Shown here: in pieces, positions 18,301 through 25,997 of the stretch
Layout of the letters: every line of letters starts with the position of its first letter
Position numbering within the stretch: position 1 is the stretch's first letter
NCBI GenBank assembly: GCA_050261575.1
Contig: JBLNDL010000018.1
Coordinates: 1-33,144, forward strand
DNA: 33,144 nt
Reading direction: 5' to 3'
Origin: Sphingomonadaceae bacterium
GTDB taxonomy: Bacteria > Chloroflexota > UBA6077
Notes under the pieces: model-generated
Told to the model about the DNA's origin: nothing
What the model saw: only the letters and a program-made list of their open reading frames with translations
Databases searched by the model: none
Made by a program: the position numbers and the translations under genes

Positions 18301-19545
18301 CGCCCTACCGCCGCCATCTAGAACCCGCGTGGGGGCCGCCAGGAACCTGATCTGGACACCCTCCTCCTCTGCCTCCTCAATCTCCCAGGGAGAGGCCGGC
18401 ATCTCGGCCCTGGAGCGGCGGTAGACGATGATGACCTCCTTCGCCCCTAGCCGCACGGCCGTGCGGGCGGCGTCGATGGCGGTGTTTCCCCCGCCGACGA
18501 CGGCAACCCTATCGCCGACCTCCACGGCCTTTCCTTCCGCCACCGCCCGCAGAAACTCGATGCCCGGGAGGACGCCCTTCAGCGTCTCCCCCTCCACCCC
18601 CATCTTCGTGCTCTGATGGGCGCCAATGGCCAGGAAGACGGCGTGGAATCCCTCGTCCAGGAGACCCTGCAGCGTAAAGTCGCGTCCGAGCCGCCGGTCG
18701 ACCTCGATAGTCACGCCCAGCTCTTCGATCCGGCCGATCTCCCGGTCGAGCACGTCCTGGGGCAGCCTGTAGTCGGGGATGCCGTAGCGAAGCATCCCGC
18801 CAGCCTTCGGCAGGGCCTCCAGGATCTTTACTTCGTGCCCCTTCAGCGCCAGGTAGTAGGCGGCGGAGAGGCCCGCGGGGCCAGCACCCACGACGGCCAC
18901 CCGGCAGCCGCTCGGAGCCGCCTGCACCGGCTTCGCCCGATCGGGTTTCGCCATCTCGTAGTCGGCCACGAAGCGCTTGGCGGAACAGATCGCCACCGGC
19001 TTGTCGACCAGGTTCCGGCGGCACGCCTGCTCGCAGAAGTGGGGACAGATGCGGCCGATGATGGCAGGCAGGGGGAGCTTCTCCTTGATCAGCTCGACGG
19101 CCTCCTCGTAGGCACCGCGAGCGATCAGCGCCAGGTACCCCTGGACGTCGATGCCGGCCGGGCAAGCCCTCTCGCAGGGGGCGGTGCAATCCCCGTGGTG
19201 ATCGGCCAGCAACGCCTCCAACCGCGCCTTTCGGGCCGCAACCACCCTCTCGCTGGCGGTCTGGATCACCATCCCGTCGGCAACCGAAGTGGTGCAGGAG
19301 GTCACTAGACCGTACCCCTGGATCTCCACCAGGCACAGACCGCAGGAGCCGTGGGGCTTCAATTGGGGATCGTCGCAAAGGGTGGGAAGGAGGATGTCGT
19401 GCTCCCGGCACACAGCCAGGATGGTCTGCTGAGACTCGGCGCGGATCTCCTTGCCATCGACCACCAGGTGGATGGTCCCGGAGCGCGCCGGGCGGATCGC
19501 CGTGACACTCTGTCCGCTGCCCGGTCCTACTCTGGATCCTGCCAT
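15397..19545 (-). CDS. fdhF: Selenocysteine-containing Mo/W formate dehydrogenase alpha subunit fused with an NADPH/FAD (GltD/NfnB-type) module, ~1382 aa
   Basis: ORFs 17038-19545 and 15397-17025 are in frame and joined by TGA at 17040-17038, giving SIDHCART-U-HAPTVAGL. Also CTYCGVGC...LCVKG, NPLRGQSNVQG, and a C-terminal MGD-binding domain. N-terminal half has a 2Fe-2S domain, GAGPAG, GGGNTA/YRRS and 2x[4Fe-4S]. Confidence 0.92.
17009..17040 (-). promoter_or_regulatory. UGA(Sec) codon plus bacterial SECIS hairpin
   Basis: mRNA reads UGA CACGCCCCCACC GUGGCC-GGUCU-GGCCAC: a 6-bp stem with a G-containing loop starting 12 nt after the UGA, like the E. coli fdhF SECIS arrangement. Confidence 0.85.
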
Positions 19546-19621
19546 CTTGTACCCTCACGAGGAATACTGAACGGAGGCAGAAGGAGCGCCTCCCCGATGG
19601 TGAGGAGAATCAGCACGGGAC

Positions 19622-19650
19622 GCAGGGGCGGGTCTGAGACCCACCCCAAC
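19622..19650. repeat. REP-like hairpin between nfnB and fdh
   Basis: GGGGCGGGTC-tga-GACCCACCCC, resembling GTAGGGGCG...CGCCCCTAC-type REPs. Confidence 0.6.
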
Positions 19651-19662
19651 CGTTTCCGGACG

Positions 19663-21090
19663 CTAGTTTCGCGCGGCGACCTTGGCGCGCACGTATTCGT
19701 CGATGGCGGCGGCAGACCGCTTTCCGGCACCCATGGCTTCGATCACCGTCGCCGCGCCGGTCACCACGTCGCCGCCGGCATAGACCCCTTCCTTGGTCGT
19801 CCTGCCGGTTATCGGGTCCGCCACCACGGTGCCGTGGCGGCTCACCTCCAGGCCGGGGGTGCTTCTGGGAACCAACGGGTTCGGGCTGGTGCCGATAGCC
19901 ATGATCACCGTGTCCACCTCCAGCACGAACTCGGAGCCGGGCACGGGCATCGGGCGGCGGCGTCCGCTGGCATCCGGCTCGCCCAACTCCATCCTCACGC
20001 ATTCGAGGCCCCGCACCCAGTTGTTCTCGTCGGCCAGGATGCGGGTGGGGTTGGTGAGCATGTGGAACTCTATCCCCTCCTCCTCGGCGTGCTCCGCCTC
20101 CTCGGCCCGGGCCGGCATCTCCGCCCTGGAACGACGATAGACGATGGCGGCCAGTTCCGCTCCCAGTCGCTTGGCGGTGCGAACGGCATCCATGGCCACG
20201 TTGCCGCCTCCCACGACCGCCACCCGCTTCCCTCGGATGATCGGCGTGTCGTAGTGGGGGAAGAGATAGGCTTTCATCAGGTTGCTGCGGGTGAGGAACT
20301 CGTTGGCGGAGTAGACGCCGTTGGAGTTCTCTCCGGGGATACCCATGAAGCTGGGCAGGCCGGCGCCGGTTCCCAGGAAGACTGCGTCGTAGCCGAACTC
20401 CTCGAACAGCTCGTCGACGGTGAATGCCTTGCCGCAAACCATGTCGCAGAGGATCTCGACGCCCAGCGACTTGACGTAGTCGACCTCCGCCCGCACGATC
20501 CGCTTGGGCAATCGGAACTCGGGGATGCCGTAGGTCAACACCCCGCCCGGCAGGTGCAGCGCCTCGAAGATGGTGACCTTGTGACCCATCCTCGCCAGGT
20601 CGCCCGCCGCGGTCAGGCCGGCGGGGCCGGCGCCGATTACCGCCACCCGCCCGCAGCCGGGCAGGGGCAGGGAGCTGGGATCAACCTTGCCGCCGCTTGA
20701 GCCGTTCTGGGACAAGGCCCAGTCGGCCACGAAGCGCTCCAGCCGCCCGATCGCCAGGGATGCACCCTTCTTGCCCAGCAGACACCTGGATTCGCACTGG
20801 GTCTCCTGAGGGCACACGCGGCCGCAGATGGCCGGAAGGTTGTTCTTTCGCTTGAGCACGACCACTGCCGCAGCCAGGTCACCGGAGCGCAGAGCCGCGA
20901 TGAACTCGGGGATATCGACGTTGACGGGGCACCCCTCCATGCAGGGGTGGTTCTTGCAGTTGAGGCAGCGCTGCGCCTCGGCCAGCGCATGATCTTGCCC
21001 GTACCCGAGGGCAACCTCTTCGAAGTTCTTGGCCCTCTCGTGGGGATCCTGGGAGGGCATGGGCTGGCGGTTCAGATCGAGCTTGGCCAT
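19663..21090 (-). CDS. nfnB: NfnB/SudA-type large subunit of electron-bifurcating NADH-dependent ferredoxin:NADP+ oxidoreductase (GltD family)
   Basis: NFEEVALGY...EAQRCLNCKNHPC...CP, CGRVCPQETQCE, GAGPAG, YGIPEFRLP, GGGNVAMD, YRRS, GGD.VTGAATV. Start overlaps the nfnA stop (TGATG). Confidence 0.88.
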   Translation of the reverse strand: MAKLDLNRQPMPSQDPHERAKNFEEVALGYGQDHALAEAQRCLNCKNHPCMEGCPVNVDIPEFIAALRSGDLAAAVVVLKRKNNLPAICGRVCPQETQCESRCLLGKKGASLAIGRLERFVADWALSQNGSSGGKVDPSSLPLPGCGRVAVIGAGPAGLTAAGDLARMGHKVTIFEALHLPGGVLTYGIPEFRLPKRIVRAEVDYVKSLGVEILCDMVCGKAFTVDELFEEFGYDAVFLGTGAGLPSFMGIPGENSNGVYSANEFLTRSNLMKAYLFPHYDTPIIRGKRVAVVGGGNVAMDAVRTAKRLGAELAAIVYRRSRAEMPARAEEAEHAEEEGIEFHMLTNPTRILADENNWVRGLECVRMELGEPDASGRRRPMPVPGSEFVLEVDTVIMAIGTSPNPLVPRSTPGLEVSRHGTVVADPITGRTTKEGVYAGGDVVTGAATVIEAMGAGKRSAAAIDEYVRAKVAARN

Positions 21091-21950
21091 CAGATCCGCA
21101 CCTCCATCGCCCGCTGCTCAGCAGCACAACTCGAACACTGCCACAGCTCCATGGCCAGCTTCTCGTTCTCCCGGTAGATCTGGTTGCGGGCAGCCAGCTC
21201 GTCCCAATTCACCAGGTGCCCGTCGAAGTCTGGTCCGTCCACGCACACGAACCGGGTAGCCCCGCCAACCGAAACCCGACAAGCGCCGCACATGCCGGTT
21301 CCGTCCACCATAATGGGGTTCAGGCTGACGATCGTGGGCACGCCGAAGGGTTGGGTCGTCTTGGAAACGAACTTCATCATCGGGATCGGGCCGATAGCCA
21401 CCACCCGGTCGACCCGCCCCGCCTCGCACAGCTCCTTTACGGGCTCCGTCACCAGCCCCTTGCGACCGCAGCTACCGTCGTCGGTCGTCACGATGAGCTC
21501 GTCGCTGACCGACCTCATCTTCTCCTCCCAGAAGAGGAGACCCTCGTTGCGGAAACCGATGACGGAAATCACGCGGTTGCCCGCCTCCTTCATGGCGCGA
21601 GCGATGGGGAAGATGGTCGCGGTGCCGAAGCCACCCCCGACACAGCACACCGTGCCGAACCTCTCCACCTCGGTGGGAAGGCCCAGCGGTCCGACGAAGG
21701 TGGCCAGGCTATCGCCGGCACGGAGGCTCGCCAGCTTGGTGCTGGTCTTACCCACCTCCATGAAGACGACGGTGACGGTGCCTTCTCGGCGATCGTAGTC
21801 GGCGATGGTCAGAGGTATCCGCTCGCCGGCCTCGTCTATACGGAGGATGATAAACTGACCAGCCAGCGCCTTGCGGGCTACGAAGGGTGCGGCGACACGG
21901 AACAGGTGGATTCGAGGGGCAAGATCCTCGCGGGCAACAACTTCGTACAT
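21090..21950 (-). CDS. nfnA: NfnA/SudB-type small subunit (FAD/NAD-binding, 2Fe-2S; PyrK-like)
   Basis: GQFIILR...ERIPLTIAD, GPLG, VGGGFG, TDDGS.G.KG.VT, SLNPIMVDGTGMCGACRV...CVDGPDFD. AAGGAG SD before ATG 21950. Confidence 0.9.
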   Translation of the reverse strand: MYEVVAREDLAPRIHLFRVAAPFVARKALAGQFIILRIDEAGERIPLTIADYDRREGTVTVVFMEVGKTSTKLASLRAGDSLATFVGPLGLPTEVERFGTVCCVGGGFGTATIFPIARAMKEAGNRVISVIGFRNEGLLFWEEKMRSVSDELIVTTDDGSCGRKGLVTEPVKELCEAGRVDRVVAIGPIPMMKFVSKTTQPFGVPTIVSLNPIMVDGTGMCGACRVSVGGATRFVCVDGPDFDGHLVNWDELAARNQIYRENEKLAMELWQCSSCAAEQRAMEVRI

Positions 21951-22007
21951 AGGCTTTACTCCTTCGTGAGCAGCCGGCTCCATCGACGTCTTGCTGCGGA
22001 CTTCAAC

Positions 22008-22778
22008 CTACGAGCGCGCCCTGGCAACGCGATTGGCAATCAACCCAGCGGTCGCCCCGGCTCCAACGCCGTTATCGATGTTGACCACCGTCAACCCTGG
22101 GGAGCAGGTCTGGAGCATGGACATCAGAGCCGCGATCCCCTTGCCGCCGACCCCATAGCCAACCGAGGTGGGAAGGCCGATCACGGGGACGTCCACCAGG
22201 CCCGCCACCACCGAGGGCAGCGCCCCGTCCATTCCGGCCGCCACCACCAGAACGTCGACTCTGGCATCGTCGACCAACGCCTTCAGGGGATCGAACAGCC
22301 TGTGGATCCCGGCTACACCGACGTCGTACACGGTGAAGGTCTCACAGCCCATCTCCGAGGCCACGATGCGGGCCTCCTCTGCCACTGGCACGTCGGAGGT
22401 TCCCGCCGTGATCACCCCCACCCTACCCCCCGTCAGAGGCACCTTAAACCCGGGGCGCTTGATCACGACCATCTTGGAGGGATGATGCTCGGAGAAGCTG
22501 CAATCCCCAAACTCCGCCTGCAGCTTCACCAGCAGGTTCTCGTCCACTCGACTCAGAATGGCCCGCCCTGTACGGTCCACGAACTCGCGGGCGATGGCCA
22601 GCACGTCCTCGTGGCGCTTGCTGTGCGCCATCAGGACCTCCGGCACCCCCTTGCGGTCCGCCCGATCCAGGTCGGGCCTAGCGAACTCTAAAGACGGGGA
22701 CTCCTTTGGGGCCGCACCCTCCGCTCCCGGCTGCATCGCGCCCGCCTTCTGCTGCCGTGTAGCGTCTCTCTTAGTCAA
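22008..22778 (-). CDS. larB: Nickel-pincer cofactor biosynthesis carboxylase/hydrolase LarB (PurE-like)
   Basis: AGTSDVPVAEEA, DVGVAGIHRL, AGMDGALPSVVAG, PTSVGYG, MLQTCSPG, VNIDNG. Start uncertain (TTG 22778 or ATG 22736). Confidence 0.92.
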   Translation of the reverse strand: MTKRDATRQQKAGAMQPGAEGAAPKESPSLEFARPDLDRADRKGVPEVLMAHSKRHEDVLAIAREFVDRTGRAILSRVDENLLVKLQAEFGDCSFSEHHPSKMVVIKRPGFKVPLTGGRVGVITAGTSDVPVAEEARIVASEMGCETFTVYDVGVAGIHRLFDPLKALVDDARVDVLVVAAGMDGALPSVVAGLVDVPVIGLPTSVGYGVGGKGIAALMSMLQTCSPGLTVVNIDNGVGAGATAGLIANRVARARS

Positions 22779-22819
22779 GAGCTTAACCTGGTTACCTTCC
22801 CTAGGGTGTTCGGTTGGGC

Positions 22820-22848
22820 ATTATACCCGACGCAAGGCACCTACGCAA
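22820..22848 (-). promoter_or_regulatory. sigma70 promoter heading the larB-nfnAB-fdh run
   Basis: Minus strand: TTGCGT, 17 bp, TATAAT. Confidence 0.75.
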
Positions 22849-23082
22849 TCTGAATGGTTGCAGGGACATAGCGTTGTTTAGCCCGGTTTGCACGCCACCT
22901 CGAGCCGATAGCCCAGAGTCTCCAACCACTCCTACACCGCCTACACCCTATCACCGCCAACTGCGGGCACGGGTATCCTTCCATCGCGTCTCCCTCGACC
23001 AACCCTTCTGTAGGGCGGAAGGTAGAGGCAGACTGCATTCCACCGGCCTGGCTGAGGCCCTAGCGCCCAGTCGCACGAGCCT

Positions 23083-23964
23083 CTACTTCACCTGTACGTC
23101 AGCTATCCTCTCCAGCGGCTCCACCAGCGACACCATGTCCTTGTTCGCGAGGCCGAGGCCGACGCCCTCGTCGAAGACCTGCTCCGCCACGGCCCCCATG
23201 AGCAGTCGCGTGGAGAGCTCCTTCCCCAACCTGGTGATCAGCCCCAGATCCTTGCTGAGGATGCCCACGTCGGTGGCCGAGCCGAACTGTCGAGCCAGCA
23301 CCATGGGCACGGTCCTGTTGAACATTGCGCTGGCGCCGAAGCTGGAGCCTATGACGTCCAGAAGGATCCTGGGGTCGGCACCGGCCTTGACACCGAAGAC
23401 CAGCGCCTCGACGGCCGCAGCGGTGTGGACACCCACCAGCAATTGATTCACCAGCTTCACCACGCTGCCGACGCCCGGCCCGCCCACGTGGACCACCTTG
23501 CTGCCCACCGCCTCGAACAGTGGCTTGGCTCGCAAGAAGGCCTCCGCCTCCCCGCCCACCATGACCGTCAGTGTGGCCTGCTCGGCCCGTGGGATGCCCC
23601 CACTGATCGGCGCATCCAGAAAGTGAGCGCCCTTCTCCTGAGCCTCCACGAACAGCTTGCGGCTGGTGGTGGGGCTGACCGTGCTGTGGTCCACCAGGAT
23701 CTGACCGGCTCTGGCGGCGGGGATGAGCCCCTCGGGACCTAGGTAGACCGTCTCCACCGCCTGGGGGGTGGGCAGGCAGGTCAAGACCACGTCGACCCTC
23801 TGCACGACCTCACGCGGGGATGACGCTGGAGTGGCCCCCATGCCCGCCAGCTCGTCCACCACACCCCGGCTCCGGTTGTGGACCGTCAGGGCAAAGCCCT
23901 TCTTCATCAGGTTTATCGCCATCGGCTTTCCCATCTTGCCGAGCCCGATGAAGCCTACCTTCAC
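23083..23964 (-). CDS. NAD(P)-dependent beta-hydroxyacid dehydrogenase (tartronate semialdehyde reductase/3-hydroxyisobutyrate dehydrogenase family)
   Basis: VGFIGLGKMGKPMA, HNRS, FLDAPISGG, TLTVMVGG, GSVVKLVNQ, KDL. GTG 23964 has AAGGAGG 7 nt upstream. The longer 543-aa call is the antisense of fchA. Confidence 0.9.
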   Translation of the reverse strand: MKVGFIGLGKMGKPMAINLMKKGFALTVHNRSRGVVDELAGMGATPASSPREVVQRVDVVLTCLPTPQAVETVYLGPEGLIPAARAGQILVDHSTVSPTTSRKLFVEAQEKGAHFLDAPISGGIPRAEQATLTVMVGGEAEAFLRAKPLFEAVGSKVVHVGGPGVGSVVKLVNQLLVGVHTAAAVEALVFGVKAGADPRILLDVIGSSFGASAMFNRTVPMVLARQFGSATDVGILSKDLGLITRLGKELSTRLLMGAVAEQVFDEGVGLGLANKDMVSLVEPLERIADVQVK

Positions 23965-24001
23965 GTCGGTGCCTCCTTCAACTGATACCCGTTGGGCCAC
24001 C

Positions 24002-24117
24002 ATTGTATTACGGCGCCGGATCGGCGCCAAACCTCCGGATGTCGGCCGTCGGAAGTCGGCATCGGCACCACGAGTCCGCCACTCGCCGTCGACTGCCGGT
24101 CCCCGACGACCTATAAT
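24002..24117. promoter_or_regulatory. Divergent promoters: minus TTGGCG-17-TACAAT and plus TCGACT-17-TATAAT
   Basis: Minus -10 at 24007-24002 and -35 at 24030-24025. Plus -35 at 24089-94 and -10 at 24112-17. Confidence 0.6.
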
Positions 24118-24120
24118 CGA

Positions 24121-24221
24121 GCTATCAGCCGCCGGCATCGCCATGCAGCAGTTGCCACTCACGGATCGCCATCGACAGCCGGATGCTGGTGGCTGACACC
24201 TGATGGCTGAAGGCTGATAGC
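24121..24221 (+). repeat. Heptamer (GCTGANN) array pairing with an upstream inverse copy in the fchA 5' UTR
   Basis: GCTGGTG GCTGACA CCTGATG GCTGAAG GCTGATA (24185-24219) versus GCTATCAGCCGCCGGCATC (24121-39). Confidence 0.7.
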
Positions 24222-24241
24222 TTCCGAACGGAGGTGAACCC

Positions 24242-24892
24242 GTGAGCCCAGATGGCACCCCGCCCACCACCCTCGCTACCATGCCCATCGACCGCTTCCT
24301 CGATCTGCTTGCCTCCCCCTCCCCAACACCGGGCGGGGGTGGGGTCGCTGCCCTCGCCGGCTCCCTAGCGGCGGGGCTGATCAGCATGGTCTGCCACCTC
24401 ACCCTGGGAAAGGAGAGGTATGCCGACGTCCAGGAGGAGGTGAAGAGCCTCCTGGCTGAATCGGAGTCCCTCCGGCAAGAGCTGCTCCGACTCGTCGATG
24501 CCGATGCCCAGGCATTCGACCGGATCATGGAAGGATACCGCCTTCCGAAGGGCACCGAGGAGGAGAAGCGGGCTCGATCAGCCCACATCCAGGAGGCGAC
24601 GCTCGAGGCCAGCCGGGTGCCGCTGGAGATCGCCCGGAAATGCGTGCGCGTCGTGGAACTCGCGGGCCCAGCCGCCCGTATCACCAACGTCCAGGCGATC
24701 GGCGACGTGGCCATGGCCGCCTACCTGGCCGAGGGGGCGGTTCGGGGCGCGGTGATCAACATCGACATCAACCTCCGCTCGGTCAAGGACCGAGCCGCCG
24801 TCGACGACTTGAACCGACAGGCCCAGGCGCTCCTCCAGGGGCTGCAGGAGAAGGTGAACCAGGCGATTAGAGAAGGAACGGCCCGGCTGTAA
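24242..24892 (+). CDS. fchA: Formimidoyl-THF cyclodeaminase / methenyl-THF cyclohydrolase (FTCD_C, FchA-like)
   Basis: FLDLLASPSPTPGGGGVAAL.G..AAGL..MV..LT.GK, D.DA.AF, A..VPLE, N..IN. GGAGGTGA SD. Confidence 0.85.
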   Translation: MSPDGTPPTTLATMPIDRFLDLLASPSPTPGGGGVAALAGSLAAGLISMVCHLTLGKERYADVQEEVKSLLAESESLRQELLRLVDADAQAFDRIMEGYRLPKGTEEEKRARSAHIQEATLEASRVPLEIARKCVRVVELAGPAARITNVQAIGDVAMAAYLAEGAVRGAVINIDINLRSVKDRAAVDDLNRQAQALLQGLQEKVNQAIREGTARL

Positions 24893-24903
24893 GGGAGGAA
24901 TCG

Positions 24904-25761
24904 ATGACAGCGCGACTGCTGATGGGACAACCGGTGGCGGACCAGATCAAGGCGGAACTGGCCGAGGATCTTGCCAGGTTCAAGCAGGAGTACGGCATCA
25001 CCCCGCAGATCGCCATAGTCCAGGTGGGTGACGACCCCGCGGCCACCGCCTACGTCAAGCGGATCTGCAAGGCATTCGCTGCCGCCGAGATGGTGAGCAT
25101 CCTCCACCAGCTCCCCCCCGACATCCCCGAGGCGGATTTCAAGGGCACCATCGTCGGACTGGACGAGGACGCTCGGATCCACGGCATCATCGTCCAGATG
25201 CCATTGCCTCCCCACCTGAACCAGGAGATGGTGACCTCGGTGCTGTCGCCGCTGAAGGATGTGGACGGCATCCACCCCTACAACGCGGGGATGCTGGCCC
25301 TGGGGCGCCCCTCCTTCGTGCCCGCGACCCCACTGGGCGGACTGGAGATCCTGAAGCGCTCGGGGATCGAGCTGAAGGGGATGGAGGCGGTGGTCGTCGG
25401 CCGCAGCAACATCGTGGGGAAGCCGATGTTCTTCCTGCTGCTGCAGGAGCACGCCACCGTCACCGTCTGCCACTCGCGCACCCGAAACCTCGGGGAGGTG
25501 ACCCGGCGCGCCGATATCCTGGTGGCTGCCATCGGCAAGGCCAGGATGATCACCGCCGACATGGTTAAGCCCGGCGCCGTGGTCGTGGACTTCGGAATCA
25601 ACGTGGTGGACGGAGAGGTGGTGGGAGACGTCGACTTCGAGGCGGTGAAGGAGGTGGCATCGGCCATCACGCCGGTGCCGGGCGGCACTGGGCCCACCAC
25701 CAACGCGGTGCTGCTCCGCAACACCCTCGAGGCCGCCAAGCGCCAGGTGACGCAGCCGTAA
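24904..25761 (+). CDS. folD: Methylene-THF dehydrogenase/methenyl-THF cyclohydrolase
   Basis: VGDDPA...YV, GIIVQMPLP, KDVDG.HP.N, VGRSNIVGKP, ATVTVCHS, GDVDF, ITPVPGG.GP.T. Confidence 0.95.
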   Translation: MTARLLMGQPVADQIKAELAEDLARFKQEYGITPQIAIVQVGDDPAATAYVKRICKAFAAAEMVSILHQLPPDIPEADFKGTIVGLDEDARIHGIIVQMPLPPHLNQEMVTSVLSPLKDVDGIHPYNAGMLALGRPSFVPATPLGGLEILKRSGIELKGMEAVVVGRSNIVGKPMFFLLLQEHATVTVCHSRTRNLGEVTRRADILVAAIGKARMITADMVKPGAVVVDFGINVVDGEVVGDVDFEAVKEVASAITPVPGGTGPTTNAVLLRNTLEAAKRQVTQP

Positions 25762-25801
25762 AGCTGCTAGACTTCGCTCGCCAGCCTTGGGTTTGGATGT
25801 C

Positions 25802-25832
25802 GTGGGGGGACTGAGCCCCCCCACTTCCTTTC
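25802..25832 (+). terminator. Hairpin/terminator after folD (REP-like, CTGAG core)
   Basis: GTGGGGGG-actgagc-CCCCCCAC followed by TTCCTTT. Confidence 0.55.
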
Positions 25833-25958
25833 ACGCCCTCAGGAGTCGGGCTTGCCTATCTGCCGCAACAGATCACTGGCATCAATCACCGTCTTGCACG
25901 GCTACGCCAGCGACCACCCGAGTTGAGGACAACCCAGGCTCCTCATCGCCGGCCAGGC

Positions 25959-25997
25959 GCCGACGGCCGATCGCCGATAGCTGGCAGCTAACGGCTA
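25959..25997. repeat. Heptamer array abutting the valS stop
   Basis: GCCGACG GCCGATC GCCGATA GCTGGCA GCTAACG GCTA. Confidence 0.6.

Noticed and set aside
15397..19545. fdh as a nonsense-broken pseudogene or as two genes
   Set aside because: The stop is TGA precisely at the Sec position, with a SECIS-like hairpin and frame continuity. The downstream ORF lacks an SD.
19663..21090. Glutamate synthase small subunit
   Set aside because: No gltB large subunit is present, and the gene is translationally coupled to an NfnA/SudB-type gene.
24041..24221. CRISPR array or THF/ZTP riboswitch
   Set aside because: Units are 7-nt tandem repeats without unique spacers, no cas genes are present, and riboswitch consensus motifs were not recognised.
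23965..24714. N-terminal extension of the 543-aa minus ORF
   Set aside because: It is antisense to fchA and spans promoters and repeats. A strong SD supports GTG 23964.
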